Below are positions 12,161-25,464 of a DNA stretch of 64,000 nt, one piece after another. The position numbers and the translations under genes were made by a program. Source of the stretch: Pseudovirgaria hyperparasitica (Eukaryota). A model generated the notes under the pieces. That model was given only the letters and a program-made list of their open reading frames with translations. It was not told where the DNA came from and searched no databases. The DNA lies in the NCBI GenBank assembly GCA_010093815.1, contig ML996566.1; one strand, 5' to 3'. Every line of letters starts with the position of its first letter. The stretch's first letter is position 1.

Positions 12161-13264
12161 ATGCCTCTCACTGACGAAGAGGCAGCATCGCGAGCCATCG
12201 AACCTCTCTCCAACCTGTCAGAACGACAGATCACCGCATCACTAAAGATAAGCTCGCTGCTTCATGGCGACAACGCGAAGCCCTTCGTAGATATTCATGA
12301 GCTTTTCGCCCTCTACAACACCCTATACTTCTGCGATGTGCTACTTCCACGGGTGGAGCTGTCATGGTCGAAGAGATTGACTCTGTACGCGCGAGACTGT
12401 GCCGTAGATGCGTCAGATAACTGATTTTGGTCACGGCAGATGTGCTGGCATCTGTGAGCTTGTCAAAGACGAACAAGGCAAATACCGTCGAATCCTGCTC
12501 AAGCTTTCAGAGGCACTCTTGAAGTATCGTGCACGAGACGATACGGTGAATACTCTCCTGCACGAGTACACTTTACCATTTGGTCGAGATGAAGCCTATG
12601 GCTGACAACGTCTAGAGCGATTCATGCCTATTTCTTCATTACCTCCGTCTGGCGCAAGTCGACAGATTCTGATGAACTCGACCGCTCTGGACATGGAACA
12701 GGTTTCCAGATTCTGGCATCGGCTATAAACCAACATGGCGGCTACGATATAAGTATATATCATACCTTCCACGATGAAGTTGAGAGTTATCGTACTCATA
12801 TCTGGCAATGTGATGGACCGTGCCGTTCTCAAGCGCCGTTCTTTGGTCTTGTGAAGCGAAGCATGAACCGTCCGCCTAGCAACCGCGATTCCTGGTGGCA
12901 GAAACACCAAACGGAATGTGGAGGCACCTACACCAAAATCTCTGAGCCAGATCTGACCAAAGAGCAAGTCAAAGCCTTGAGTGCTAGAGAGCGCGCAGGA
13001 CGACAAACTAACAAGCTCGACTCCTGGATACGACGCTCTGTGCGACCCATGACCAATTCTGTTGAGCCCCAGGGCGTCGATGAAGATGCTGAAGACCATA
13101 AAGCAGGGTCTATTCATCCCCATGAACCCCAGAAAAGACGTGTGAGTATAGACACAAGAGATCCAAGAAAACCCAAGAAATTAATGGTCTTCTGTCCTAT
13201 TTGCGACGTACCTGTCGACGAACATGATATCAATACACATCTCGACGCACAACATGCGTCTTAA
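12161..13264 (+). CDS. SprT-like zinc metalloprotease (Spartan/SPRTN-like) with C-terminal UBZ-type zinc finger
   Basis: WSKRLTLCAGIC across intron 12385-12439; HEAIH formed across intron 12566-12616; HTFHDEV, WQCDGPC, PFFGLVKRSMNRPP...WWQKHQTECGGTYTKI; C-terminal CPIC...INTHLD. Confidence 0.9.
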
Positions 13265-14605
13265 TGATTTGACGACAACTGTGATAAATGCGCATCCATG
13301 CTGACAGTACGGATCTGCCAAGATGCTGGATCGGTAATCGGCACGGAGAATCCTAGATGTTGATTTGTTGACCCGGACCTCATAGACAAGATGAATGGCA
13401 AGCGACGAATCCAGCATTGTACCACATATCTTTTGCTTTGGATTACGACTCCGGATGATGCAAGCTTTACTCTCTTATCCTGTTTCCAGATTCTGGACAG
13501 CCCATAGAGCCCCCGATGAATCACCATGCTGGTAGTCCTAAGCTGCTTCCGCGCCTCAAAGCCGCAGGCATACACATGGGGACTCAGTTCCGGGTTTTCA
13601 TCTAGAGCTGAGCTAAAGTGCACCTCGTAAACCTACCCGCTGCGACCGCCCAGAGCTGACCACAGAGACGAGGTGTTACCACTTGCATGCTGTTGCTGCG
13701 CACACTGACTCGTGATTGCACAATGGATCAGGTTCCTGAAACAGCCATCGGTATTATTGCGGCATTGCGGCAGCGATCCGGAGCGTCGATGGTGCGAGGA
13801 AGAATCCGCTCCGTTTGATGCGGTAGCACCCATATGTTTAGTTTGTATTGACTGATCTACATAGCCAGCTTCAGCGTATCATCAATCAATAACGCTTGGC
13901 TATTGGCCTCTGACGTTAATCAAACACATGCGCTTCACATTGTATTCAGTACAATAGAGTCTAGGAGGGAGTTGAAGGTCTTCCAACAAGGCTGATATGT
14001 TCAAGTGCGCCGCCGCCACACTGGCGTCGAGGCAAAGTCTTCGACGGGCGATAGTGAGGGTCGGGAGGGCTGCGGCACGACGTAATCCTCCAAGCCATTC
14101 ATGAATCTGCGAGCGCGCATTACCGACGATCGATTCTTCAAAACACCTATGCAGGGATTCTTTTAGCAGCTTATTTTAATTCTTGAAAACCATAGGGTCA
14201 TGTATCTCCACTATCGTCGCACGCCAAGGTACACGTTCTAGCAGCTTGCCTCGCTCCTTGGTATCTCGCGCTTATCAACAGCCGGCAGTATTTACTTTTT
14301 CCTCAAGTCTGTAAGCCATGATAGGTGGCCTCGTTTTTACGCTCGTTTACCTCTGGTCGATAGCAGGAATAGCTGCGTCTGAAAAAAACGTCACTGAGAC
14401 CACTTTCCAGAAAAGAGGCGTAGAGGCTCTCCTTCCCATATCTTCCACTTCCTGATCTCATCGTCGAAGCGGCCAACTCCCTCCGCTATCCAACTTTACT
14501 TCTTCCATATCCACAGTAATGCTGGCATCAGCATCCTCTTTTCACTACGATCACGCCGCAGCCGCATGATAGTGAATTTGGAGCCTTGAGGATTTCCGAA
14601 TCGCT

Positions 14606-16111
14606 ATGTTTGGCTCTGGTGTCAAACCACCATTAGTAGCAAAAGGAGCCGATAACTATGGAGGTGTCATTGTCGTTGTTAGCTTCACTCTCATGGTTGT
14701 GACCGTGCTCTTCGCGTGCATGCGGGTATACAACACGATTGCCAGAAAGAAGGGCTTCGGATTCGATGATCTTACATTCTATATGGCTTTGGTATAACAA
14801 AGTGTAACTTTTTATCATTTCCTACTACTGACTCGTATGAGTAGGCAATCATCGTGCCTCACACAGTCGCAGTGCGTAAAGCTGTCGATCATGGTCTAGG
14901 AATGCATATTGCAGCATTGTCGACTTATAATATCAGCCAATTCTTTAAGGTAGAAACAACGTGTTACGAAGGTCTCGACTTTGTCCAATTGACCAATTCA
15001 CAGTGGGTATATATTAACCAATTATTGTCCATCCTCTGTCAATGTTTCGCAAAGTTCTCTGTCATCTTTCTGGTGATTCGTCTCGATACTAGACCGTCGA
15101 CCTGGATCTGGAGTCGCGTCCTGAGCGCCGCTATCGTGATCTGGACCGTGTTCTCGGTGTTTACTATCGCATTTCAATGTGGTTTCCCCGATCCTTGGAT
15201 CCAGTCGCACGATCGATGCGCCGCGCACGGAAGCCTATACTATGCCATTATCTCTCTCAATATAGCCACAGATGGCTTCCTTGCTTTTTTCTTCATACCG
15301 GCGATCTGGAAGCTTCAGATGAGGGCAATGACCAAGCGGACAGTGACACTCCTTTTCGCCTCTCGCCTATCGTATGTATAGGATATACTGAAACTAGACT
15401 CCTAGCTAACGTACAGAGCGTCTGCGTAGTCTCCATCAGCCAGCTTGCAGTGCTTCACAGATTCAGCATCCAAGAAGACAAAAGCTGTACGCAACCACTC
15501 CAAACCCCCCTCCCCCTCCTAGTCGACCCACTAATCGTTTTCTAGGGGACCTTATTATCCCGATCGTCCTTGACGAGCTCATCGTTAATCTCTCTGTCAT
15601 AACCGCCGGCATTCCTCCGGTCCACCGCTTCCTCACCAACCTACAATCCGGCCAATTCGGAGCCCACATGACCGACCACGAGCTCTCTGGTGGGCACCGT
15701 GGCTCCGTTCTCACACCATCTCAGACCTGCAATCCGTGCTCACAAGTAAGGCGTCTTCCTCCCTCACGAGTACAGTGCGTAGCCAACACAATCAGAGATC
15801 TGCGTCCCAGGTGGTATCGGCGCCTTCCGCAACCAGAACCTCGCCCAACCCGCGCACCCGAGGACGAAGAGCCACTTCGACTGACCCCTGAGCCGAGAAA
15901 CGAGATTTCTACGACCATATATGCGAACAAAGGCGAAACATGTGATTTCCCGGAACATGTTCAAGAGGGCAGAGATGGTGCCGATGTGGCGCGTGACGAG
16001 AGCAGGAGAAGTCGGCCCTTGAGTACGAGTGGAGTTATGCAAAGGACGGAGCTGTCAATCTCTGTGGAATATGTAAAGAGTGAACACAGTTCGCGGCTGC
16101 ACGACCCATGA
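14606..16111 (+). CDS. Pth11-like integral membrane protein (fungal rhodopsin-domain GPCR-like); spliced
   Basis: Several hydrophobic helices; GFDD, HGLGMH, KFSV, AFQC, NIATD...PAIWKLQM...LFASR motifs; at least four short introns; polar C-terminal tail. Confidence 0.85.
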
Positions 16112-16936
16112 AAAGGCTCACGAGAGCGCTAGTGAATTCATATCAGGGACAGAGACTACGGAGACCTGTTCGTACCTGGGACTACATCCGGAAAGCATTG
16201 TGCAGGTCATGGGCATCTACATCATCGCAGGGACAAAAGTCTGTAATGAGCTGTCACGGAACAAGGGCTATGGGTCACGCATAGCTATATAGAGAGTCAC
16301 TACTGTGCATAACAACTCCTTCGTCCTCAGTGGGCAGATAGGACATACCGAATAGATAGGAGTGTCTGACACTGTACAAGAACTGCACTTGTCTCAGATT
16401 ATACTGGACAAACAAGCCAGTGAACTCGCATGTACAACAAATTATATGCCGAATGAGACACGCAGTATATTTTCTTGGTATAACAATCTACCATGATATC
16501 CACCATTTTAGCTCATATAGCATAATGAATGATACATTTTATATAACTCTACCTACTTCTTTTATATCACTTATAGCTGTCTACTACATGATATGATCTC
16601 TATTATTAGTGCTAGCAATTTCGCTTAAAACATATAATAAAGAAAGTGACATATTTCTTAACAGGAGAATTAGATAGATCTACCTGATACCTTCTTATCT
16701 TACTTACTTTCAAAGGTATTGATAGATAAAAATTTTAACACATGCGATGTATTCTTGTAAAGTCTATGCGAGTATGGATCTTGGAGTATAACAGCACTAG
16801 TCGAGTAATTATTCGTTGAAGATTCAGACGGGATCTAGACGGGTGGTGTTAGTGTCTTCATTGTTCAAGCGAGATGACCATGTGATTGCAATTTTCTATA
16901 ATTTGATACGACTACGACTGGATGCACGTCGAGATT

Positions 16937-19263
16937 TCAGCAGCAACAAGAATCAGTCTCAGAAGGCTGATCCTGCGCGTCTCTCGAGCCAGAAGCAGCC
17001 TCAATGCGAAGCAGTGACTGACTAAAGTCCTCCCAGACCTTTAGCACCATATCCAGATGCTGGATTTGCACCCTGCTATCTTCAGACGCCGCAAGCGTCC
17101 GGGCCGTATTCACCGCATTTGAGATCTCGCGCCCATTCATCTCGGGCTTCGCAAGCCGATCCAGACACGCCTCGATTTCGAGATCGACGTCGGTCTTGTC
17201 CAACAAGACAAGTTGCTGCTTCCACATCAACCTTCGGCGCCCTTCATCTGGACTGTGATACTGGAGCGCCAGATGCACACGACTGCGAATTGCGCGGTCG
17301 AAAACCTCGACACGGTTGGATGTGAGGAACAAGATGCCTTGGTAGTACTCGAGCTGCTTGAGGAAGAGGGCGACCATGTTGTTCTGCCTTGCGTCGCCGC
17401 GCTTGCGCTGCTCAAGGAAGACGTCTGCCTCGTCGATCAGCACCACGGCCTTCCAGATGGACGCATATTCGAGTTTCTCTTTGAGCTCGTCGGCAATTTG
17501 GTCGCCCCATGCACCGAGTTCGCCAGTGGAGATCTTAAGTAGAGGACGTTTGCAGTGTTCAGCGACGAGCTCGGCGGTGAGTGTTTTACCGGTGCCGGGT
17601 TCGCCGTGTAGCAGGATGACGAGACCACGACCTTTGAGAATGGACTCATCACGCGACTGGTCGGGGAATTTGTGTGCTGTAACAAGAGATTGGATGAGCT
17701 TGCGCTCGGTGGCGGGAAGGATGAGGGAGTCCATGGCATTGGGAGTCCACTCGAAGTTGTGCAGAGAGTCGACGAAAAACTTGCACCATTGCTTCATAGA
17801 GAGGTTGTAGCCGTAGAGGAAGGGCGGGCATAGCATTGGGTCCACGTCCTCTGTTTGACGTGGACCGCCACGACCTTTGGCTTGGTCTTTATCGTCGCCT
17901 TTGTTGAACATGGATGTCCAGCGCGACATCTCCTCCTTCTGCCTTCGCATCTCTTCGATGAATGTCTTGCAGTCCACAACTACACGGCCAGCACCCTACA
18001 GTAGCGTCAGCGATCTGAGACCAAAGTGATCTGGCCAGCCGTAGCCCTCTATTTGTATGTGAAAAGAGAGCTGCGACACCTCAATCAAAGAAAACAGGAG
18101 TAAAATATGATGAGAGCAACACAATGCTTCGGAGCAAGGCAGTTTAGGGGGATACACAGGTAAGGAATGCCACTTCGAGAAGAAGGGACATGGCGTTGAG
18201 AAGAGATCGTTCCATGAAACACAGCTGTTCGACCGGACAAGGGCCAACTCACAGATCTTGGGAGCCAAATGCCGTCGTATTCCTGCCTCTCGTCATAATG
18301 ATCGTAAGGCGGCATCTTCAAGTACATGAAGAGGCCTTCATAGCTGAAGCAATTAGCGCCCCGGATTGCCAAGTATCGTTGTCCACGTTCTGTAAGACTC
18401 TTCATAAGTACTTCTGGCTCGATCTCTTTCCTACCAAGAAATTTCAGAGGTACTGCGGAGAGCGAGGTGATTTTCGATGGACTTTTCCCTACGAATTCTT
18501 CTTTCTCCCAAATAGGAATGTTGGCATTTGATATTCCTGCTCGCTGTCCGTCACAGGTGGTGAATTCGACAGAGATCTCGAAGAACTTTCCCCTAGCGCT
18601 GCACGAATCCTGATAGCCGGTCTTTTGTAATTTGTACAGGCGCTCGTATCCGTACTCTTCCTTGAAGATCAAGTCGCCCGGCTGGAAGATCATCCACAGT
18701 AGGTCGAATGTGATCAGGCCGGACTTGAGGAGGCGTTCGAGTTGTGGGCCATTATCACCCATCTCACTCTCCAGAAATTCAATCAAGAGCCGAAGATGAG
18801 ATTTAGCCTCCTCGTCCTGTTCTGTAGTGACATATTCTTCGATCTCCTTGCGGTGATGATTGAGTAATTTGAAAGGGCTATCATACGAGACCTGAGTGTC
18901 GAATTCAAGCGGCTCGGCTGGATAATATGAGACGATTTTCTTCAGAGCAGACAGAATATGTGGCGAGTTGATCTCAACGACAGTCTTCTCAAGCTTCTTC
19001 TCATCATAAACCTGCTTGACAACCAGGGCGTATGAACCAAAAGCTTTCTTGTTTAGTGAAGTGAGGTATTCTTCTTTCTCGATGGTCTCATCGCCTTTCT
19101 GTACGACAGCCTTGATTTCACATACTGAGCCTCTGGGGGCAGGAGGCTCCTCCTTAATGGCTGACTTGGACTCGTCGACAGCAATATCCTTCCCATTTAG
19201 CTCGTGATTTTCCGATAAGACGTTGCCGTTCGGCTCGTTCACAAGCTGAGTTGGCGGTGACAT
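16937..19263 (-). CDS. Fungal AAA+ ATPase (N-terminal extension plus AAA domain)
   Basis: Walker A GEPGTGKT, Walker B LIDEAD, LEYYQGILFLTSNR, NGREISN. Intron 17996-18252 joins the two long ORFs in frame (PRS|GAGRVVVD). Confidence 0.92.
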
Positions 19264-20811
19264 GGTGCCTTAGGTCATTTCATCAAACCCCGGAAATCTG
19301 CAGGAAAAGTTGAACACAGAGAAAGGATGGTAAGCGGAAGAATTATGATATAGCTAATTATGAGACACAGCAGGCGCGATCAGTCCATATATAGTCGACG
19401 CTTGACTGTTGCGACGTCCGGCCAGAAGAGCTGAGATGTTCAGCATAGCTCTACCCAGCAAGGCACAGTAGGCAACAGTACTTTAGTGGAGAGCGTCTGC
19501 TGTGTACTGATTGGCTGTAATTGGAAGCGGTTCGACGTCTGCATACGCAAGCTTCATAGACCTGAACGTTTGGCGAGAAACGGCCAATATGAGGCCAGAT
19601 GTTGTTGTGCTCCACCACGATCAAGCCACCGACATGTTTGAGTAGTCAGAATGCAGTATGAAATCGGTTGATCACCGTGTCTGAAGCTGAGAGGCCGGCT
19701 TTTGACGTCAGTCAGCGCTGTATGGACAGAGCCATGGCTGCCTACGACGAAACGACAACGTATAATTTGCAGAGGAAAAGCTCTTTCTCCCCTGCATGTC
19801 AGCTTTGCATGGAAGAAGGTCTGGACTACTGCAGCGGTTTCCTTCTCATGCAGGTGGATGTACAGCTAAAGCTGAGCTGCGTCGGATACTACCGTAGTAA
19901 TTGAGCTTGGGAGATGGAGGCCCTAATGCGCTACTTAATCAGATAGATGATAAACACTCCTCATTTTCACGCTTCTGTCTCAAGAGTTCGGGATGACACC
20001 GATGTAGTAGGTACATGCGTTGATTGTGTGAAAGGAGAGAGCATGTCATTCTAGTAGTATTTTGATAGGGCACCCGATGTCCATCAGTCTATGCTGGGCT
20101 TGCTATTCTTATTCAGCGCGGTGAACCACAACTAGATATGCGAGATATTGGCGAGCACAAGGACGGATAGCTATGTGCCCAATGTTTATGAAAGGCGTAG
20201 TAGTCAACGTGATGGACGACCAGGTACGGGTCGATCTAGCAAACTCTGCAGCGTTCAATACTAGTTCGGACCGATGAGACGAGAGCATTAATGTTTAGGG
20301 CAAGTGAATGTCTGACGAAAGGGGAAAGTCGCGCATCGGATACCATCCATCAGTACGGCGGAGGGCGGGAGAGAGGGCGGGGCTCTCACGATTCGCGACC
20401 TCTCACTTGCGCGTGGTGACAGGTATTAGCACCACTGGCTGTCAAAATAAGGCGCGAAAATCTGTTATTGCATCTGACAGCGACCGGTGAGCAGTCCAAC
20501 AGTCTAACAGTTCAGCAGCTCAGCAGTTTAACGGTCTCTTTCCTGCTCTGCCATATACCATTCATCCTCGGCCATCGGGCACATGCTACAGGTTACACCG
20601 TACGAGTGAACAGCCTCTCGATACTCCAACTCCCATCCTTTCTACTCAAGTCTCTCTTTTAATCACTACCTCTGTCGAGCCGCCCTGCATGACGCCTTCA
20701 CCATTCCATCCACGCAACTGGCCGTAAGCGCCTGTCGACGAATGAGAACTGCGATGCTGGCGCAAGTCCGGTGGAGCTTGTAAGGAACGACACCACAATC
20801 TGAGCACCGTG

Positions 20812-23002
20812 ATGACCACCACCGTCGGAATCCCCTCGGCCGATGTGAGTGGCAGCCCTGCGTGATCTTGAAGTCTTTGAACCCCACCAGTCCGTCACTG
20901 CAACCCATACTGACATCTTCAAAAGGGCCAGTGGCATTCTGACCAGGAAGATATCGCCGTCTGTCCTCAATCCTCACTCAAACGTCTCGCCCGTCTTCAT
21001 GCGAAACGAGCGAATATGCGACATCTGAAGGGAACTGCGACGGTCCGCCATTTCGATGACCTAGATAACGATCTGTATCCTCACCCACCTCAGCATATCG
21101 ACCCGCGAGAGCTCGTGTGCGACCAGTGCAATACTACCGCCTCATATTGTTGTGCAGGCCAGTGTGCTCCTCCGACGAAGAGAAGGGCTACGAGCATCGA
21201 GGTAGACCGGTTGAACAGATCGCTCAGTCCCATACCATCTTGCGACGACGCGTCCCTGTACGACATGGTTGACGAATGCTGCTTTCAGAGCTGCGACGAC
21301 AGACATTGCCCTGAGGCTGCTACGATTCCATGCACTGGAGACGATCATTGTCCATCTAAGACTGCCTGCGCAGATCCAAAGTGCGAAGGCGCGCCGTGCT
21401 TCCAGGATGAATGTGGGAGTCCACCATGTACTGAGCCTGCCTGTCCTGATAAGACATGCAAAGAAGGCGAACCGTGTATGGCTGATGGCTGCCAATTCGA
21501 CCCTTGGGACTGTTGTGACCTACTGCATCCGAATGAGGACTTCTTAAATCCTTCATTTTATGACGACCATTGGGCGCAATTTCATCCAAATCAACCCTTC
21601 GAGCCACAGTTTCCCAGCAATGTGTCATCCAGTCTCCAGCAAAGTAATGTCAATCAGTCGGATCTTACTTCGAATCAGCATTCAGATATCAATTGGTACA
21701 CGGCGCCTTCCTCAATGCCGCAGATGGCGCCAACGATGTTAGATGCCGCGGGAAATTTTAACAGTCTAGAGCCTCACCTCTCCGCTGCTGAAGGACTAGC
21801 TTTGTTCCAAAATTCCAGGTCAAATTTCACCTTCCAAGCGCCTGATGCCCCAATGTTTCCGGGCTCATCCAGCAGACAAAGCCACTCCGACCAGGCCGGA
21901 TTCCAAAGCTATGACAGCGCATATCAAAATTTGGGAAGCTCTACCATTTCTCCACGCAACTCAACAGGACCTCCTAATTCTTCATATACACCATCAACAA
22001 CAGCCGAAAACTCCAAAATCAACTCTCCAAATGTGTCCGAATGCCATACGCCGCTATACGGCTTCTATCCTGGAATGAACCCTAAATCCCTAACTGCGTC
22101 TGCATCTCCTGTCATGCCAATCAAAACTGAACCTCGTCAAGACGTCGAATCCCAGCTCACATGCAAATGGTTGCTTCCCGGCACCCACTTCGTCTGCAAC
22201 CATCAGAGCGCTTCTCCTTCAGACCTGCAGTCCCATATACGCGATGTACATGTCAAAACCATGAAAGGCGCGCTCAAATGCCAATGGTATGGCTGTCGCA
22301 ATGACAACGACTTCAAGCAGCGCTCAAAATTGACCCGGCACGTGCAAACACACGCCGGATACCGGCCGCATGTCTGCACGTGGCCTGGATGTGGCCAATC
22401 CTTCGGCACAAAGCAGACTATGGACAACCATTTGAAAACCCACGAGCAGGTCAAGCCGTACAAGTGCCGTTACTGCGACGTGACAGCGACAACACCGACG
22501 CAGATCAAAACACACGAAAACAGCGTGCATCTGTGCCGGAAGAGGTTCAGGTGTCGATTCTGTGAATTTGCCTGTACAGACAGCAGTAACCTCAGCAAGC
22601 ATGAGAAAAGTGAGTGGGCCCCCCAAAAATAAAACAAGTTGTCACCGAAAGAAAGGAGAAAAACAAAACCCCGCAAAAGCTAACACCACACAAAGCACAC
22701 AGGAAACGCACATTCAAATGTCTCCATCCTGGATGCGCTTTCAAGCCGGACTGTCGATGGGGTAAGTTTTTTTCTCTTTTCCTCCTCCCGCTACCCATGA
22801 CATGCATACTGACCGTGTAATCTCAGAAAACGCGAAACGCCATTTCATGAAGTCAGGCCACTGTCCCGAGCTCCTCGTCAAGGGCTCCGAGGCCCAGGAA
22901 CGATACAAGAAGGAGGCCATGGCAGCAGCCTCGATTCCGGATGAGGAGGTGCTTGGTGGCCAGCTTCGAGAGAGAGTGCAACGCCTGAAGGCCGAGCCAT
23001 AA
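20812..23002 (+). CDS. C2H2 zinc-finger transcription factor, ZafA/Zap1-like zinc-responsive activator
   Basis: Six C2H2-type fingers; the first two carry the CxW signature (CKW, CQW), with FKQRSKL and DSSNLSKH. Cys-rich N-terminus. Introns 20845-20925, ~22610-22695 and ~22762-22826. Orthology and the first exon are inferred. Confidence 0.8.
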
Positions 23003-24171
23003 GTCCTAGTTCGGAGGCTAGGCGGGAGAAGGGAGGCGCAACATACGGGGTTGGGGGGAGGGGAACGTGAGGTGTGAGATATGTCCATGGGATGATAACG
23101 AGTAACACGGGAACTGAGCATTGAGCTCCAATTGCAATTGCATTAACATTGCATTGCACACCTGGTCTGCTGCGAGCAAACGCAATAGCTGCGCGACCAG
23201 GACGACATGTATGTATGAATCGCGCGTTAGCGCACATGCTATAATATCATGATTTTACGATCATGACGTCAAAAAAATACAATAAAAGATAATAAACACT
23301 ACGGACAATGCAAAGCTTGCTACCTATAGTATCTCACAGTGTAAAGAGCAAGGATATCTCGACTTGCGATTTACATTGTTCAGTGCACTTGCTCTACCTC
23401 TTTTGTTCCCGATTCACTACGGCCCACTTTCCCCCACTTTTCCCCCCGCGAGAATTGGAGCACGAACTTCAACGTTAGTGTGTGTAGGAGAATTGCTTCT
23501 TTGAGAGTGTGGGTAGAAAGCTCATTGGTTGACTGGCGGGCGTGTTTTGTCTTTCTCGGCGGTGTAACATCCGGTTCAGCACAGTGTCTGGCGTGGCCTG
23601 GTGTAGGCACTGTTCAATATGCACAGCACAGCCACTTTGGGCCCGTGGCTCTCGAACTGGCCCTCCCAAAACCTAGCTCTTGTCAACCATGATGTGTATA
23701 GATCGGGTAAAATTAAAAATATACCTCGACTACTAGTCTGAACGGCGAGTATCTTCTCGCAAGGTACAAATTGCTTTCTCTTGTGGGATGCGAGTTATTG
23801 GTAGCTCTATCGGGAGTGACCGTGATGATTTGCCGGCTATGTCGCTATTAAGGTTGATGTTCGGCGTGTATTTGTCGTGGACTCCTACTGCGCGGTGCCT
23901 TCGTTGCCGCCGCATTGAGCCTGGCGTGTGTTCGGCCCAATGGACACCTGAGATCGAATAGGGTGGATGCATAGTTCGACGTGTGATACGGTGTAAAGAC
24001 GCAAGGAGGCAGCGTGTCTTACTTCGGTGCGTGCTGCGCGTGACAATATACCCGTGCTCGGTACGAAGACGGAGAGGTTGTGCTGCCCTGATGATATGTT
24101 GCAGTTCATCATGTTGCGCATCTTTCCAACCAGTTTATGATGTCGACAGAATCTTAAGCTCTTCCAAGCCC

Positions 24172-24628
24172 TCATTGCCTCCCATCTTCAACCCCAAAAC
24201 CCGCCATCTGCCCCACCGCACCCCCATACCCACCGTCACTCTCCGCCCCCGAGAACGCCTGCTGATTCATCACGATACTGTACACTGAGCTCTTTAGCAG
24301 CGTGAATACAAGTGAGGTCTTGCGCTCGAGTCGGCGCAGCGCATCAAGGATTTCCGCGGAGGGGTTGGTGGACAGTTCGGAGAGGAGGGTGGACAGCTTT
24401 TAACAGTCAATATTAGTGAGCAATCTCGTTTGAAACTGGCAGAGGCAGATTTTTATTTAAGAGGGGGTTGCCTTGGAGTCGTACATTATTCAGATTTCCC
24501 ACTAGACGCGCGTATTCGTCGAGCACTTCTTGCTCGAGCGGACTGAGACTTTCTGGAGGCTGTGCACCGGTGCCGGAGGTCTGGGATGCGCCGAGAGCGT
24601 TATCGACTGGTTGTGATGTTGTAGTCAT
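24172..24628 (-). CDS. dad3: DASH/Dam1 complex subunit Dad3
   Basis: LSPLEQEVLDEYARL...ILDALRRLERKTSLVFTLLKSSVYSIV after removing intron ~24397-24484. Confidence 0.93.
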
Positions 24629-25464
24629 CGTGTCTGGGTTTTGAGGCCCGTGGAGCTTGGAAATTGAGGCGACGTTTTCAAAGGAAGTTCGAGTTATGCC
24701 TTGAAGCGGATATATAAGCGGGGACACGGAGGTACTCGCGTCGTGCTTATGAGACGAAACCGGGCTGAAGATGCCTAAGCAGAAGAGTCGAAAATTTTAG
24801 GTTGCTATGTCACTAGTAAGATGGGTACCCCGTGGAAAAGCGCCGCTCAATGTTGTGATGCTCATACATTATGTCCGTTGTCCCTTGACGAGTGGACTAG
24901 CGGATGACGCGCCCGTCAACACAATTCCAGCCGAGATATCTCCGCCCTTCATGCCTGAGGAGGTTAGGTCCATCTGCAAGGGGCGATTATGGCCAGTATG
25001 GCTAAATATCAGTGATATGATATACCTAAACAAGGCTGTACTGGCTCATAAGCACGATGAAATTGCGGTCTCCACCATCGTAAAGCCGGTCCAACAAGCT
25101 GCGGTATTCAATTAGTATAGGGAAATCTCCAATGATCATTCCTTCATTGCTAACAAAATATACAATGTCTGCTTCTAAGAGTCATGACGTAAGCAATGTG
25201 CATGCTTCCAGGTCCGCCGCTTCCTGCCGCCCATATAGAGTAAAATGATGTGATAGACGGGAGTACGACTTAACTCCACAATTCCACGTATGCGCCGGAT
25301 AAAAGATGACATGCTAAAGAGACATCGAAGTCTCTGACTTGACATAGTCCTTCGTAGTTCAGCCAAAACATCATCCAAATGAGCGGACAGAAAGCACTAG
25401 CCTTCGCTAATCGAACAATTCCTTGACACTAGGGAAGAACTTTTGATAGAGGAATCCGCACCTA

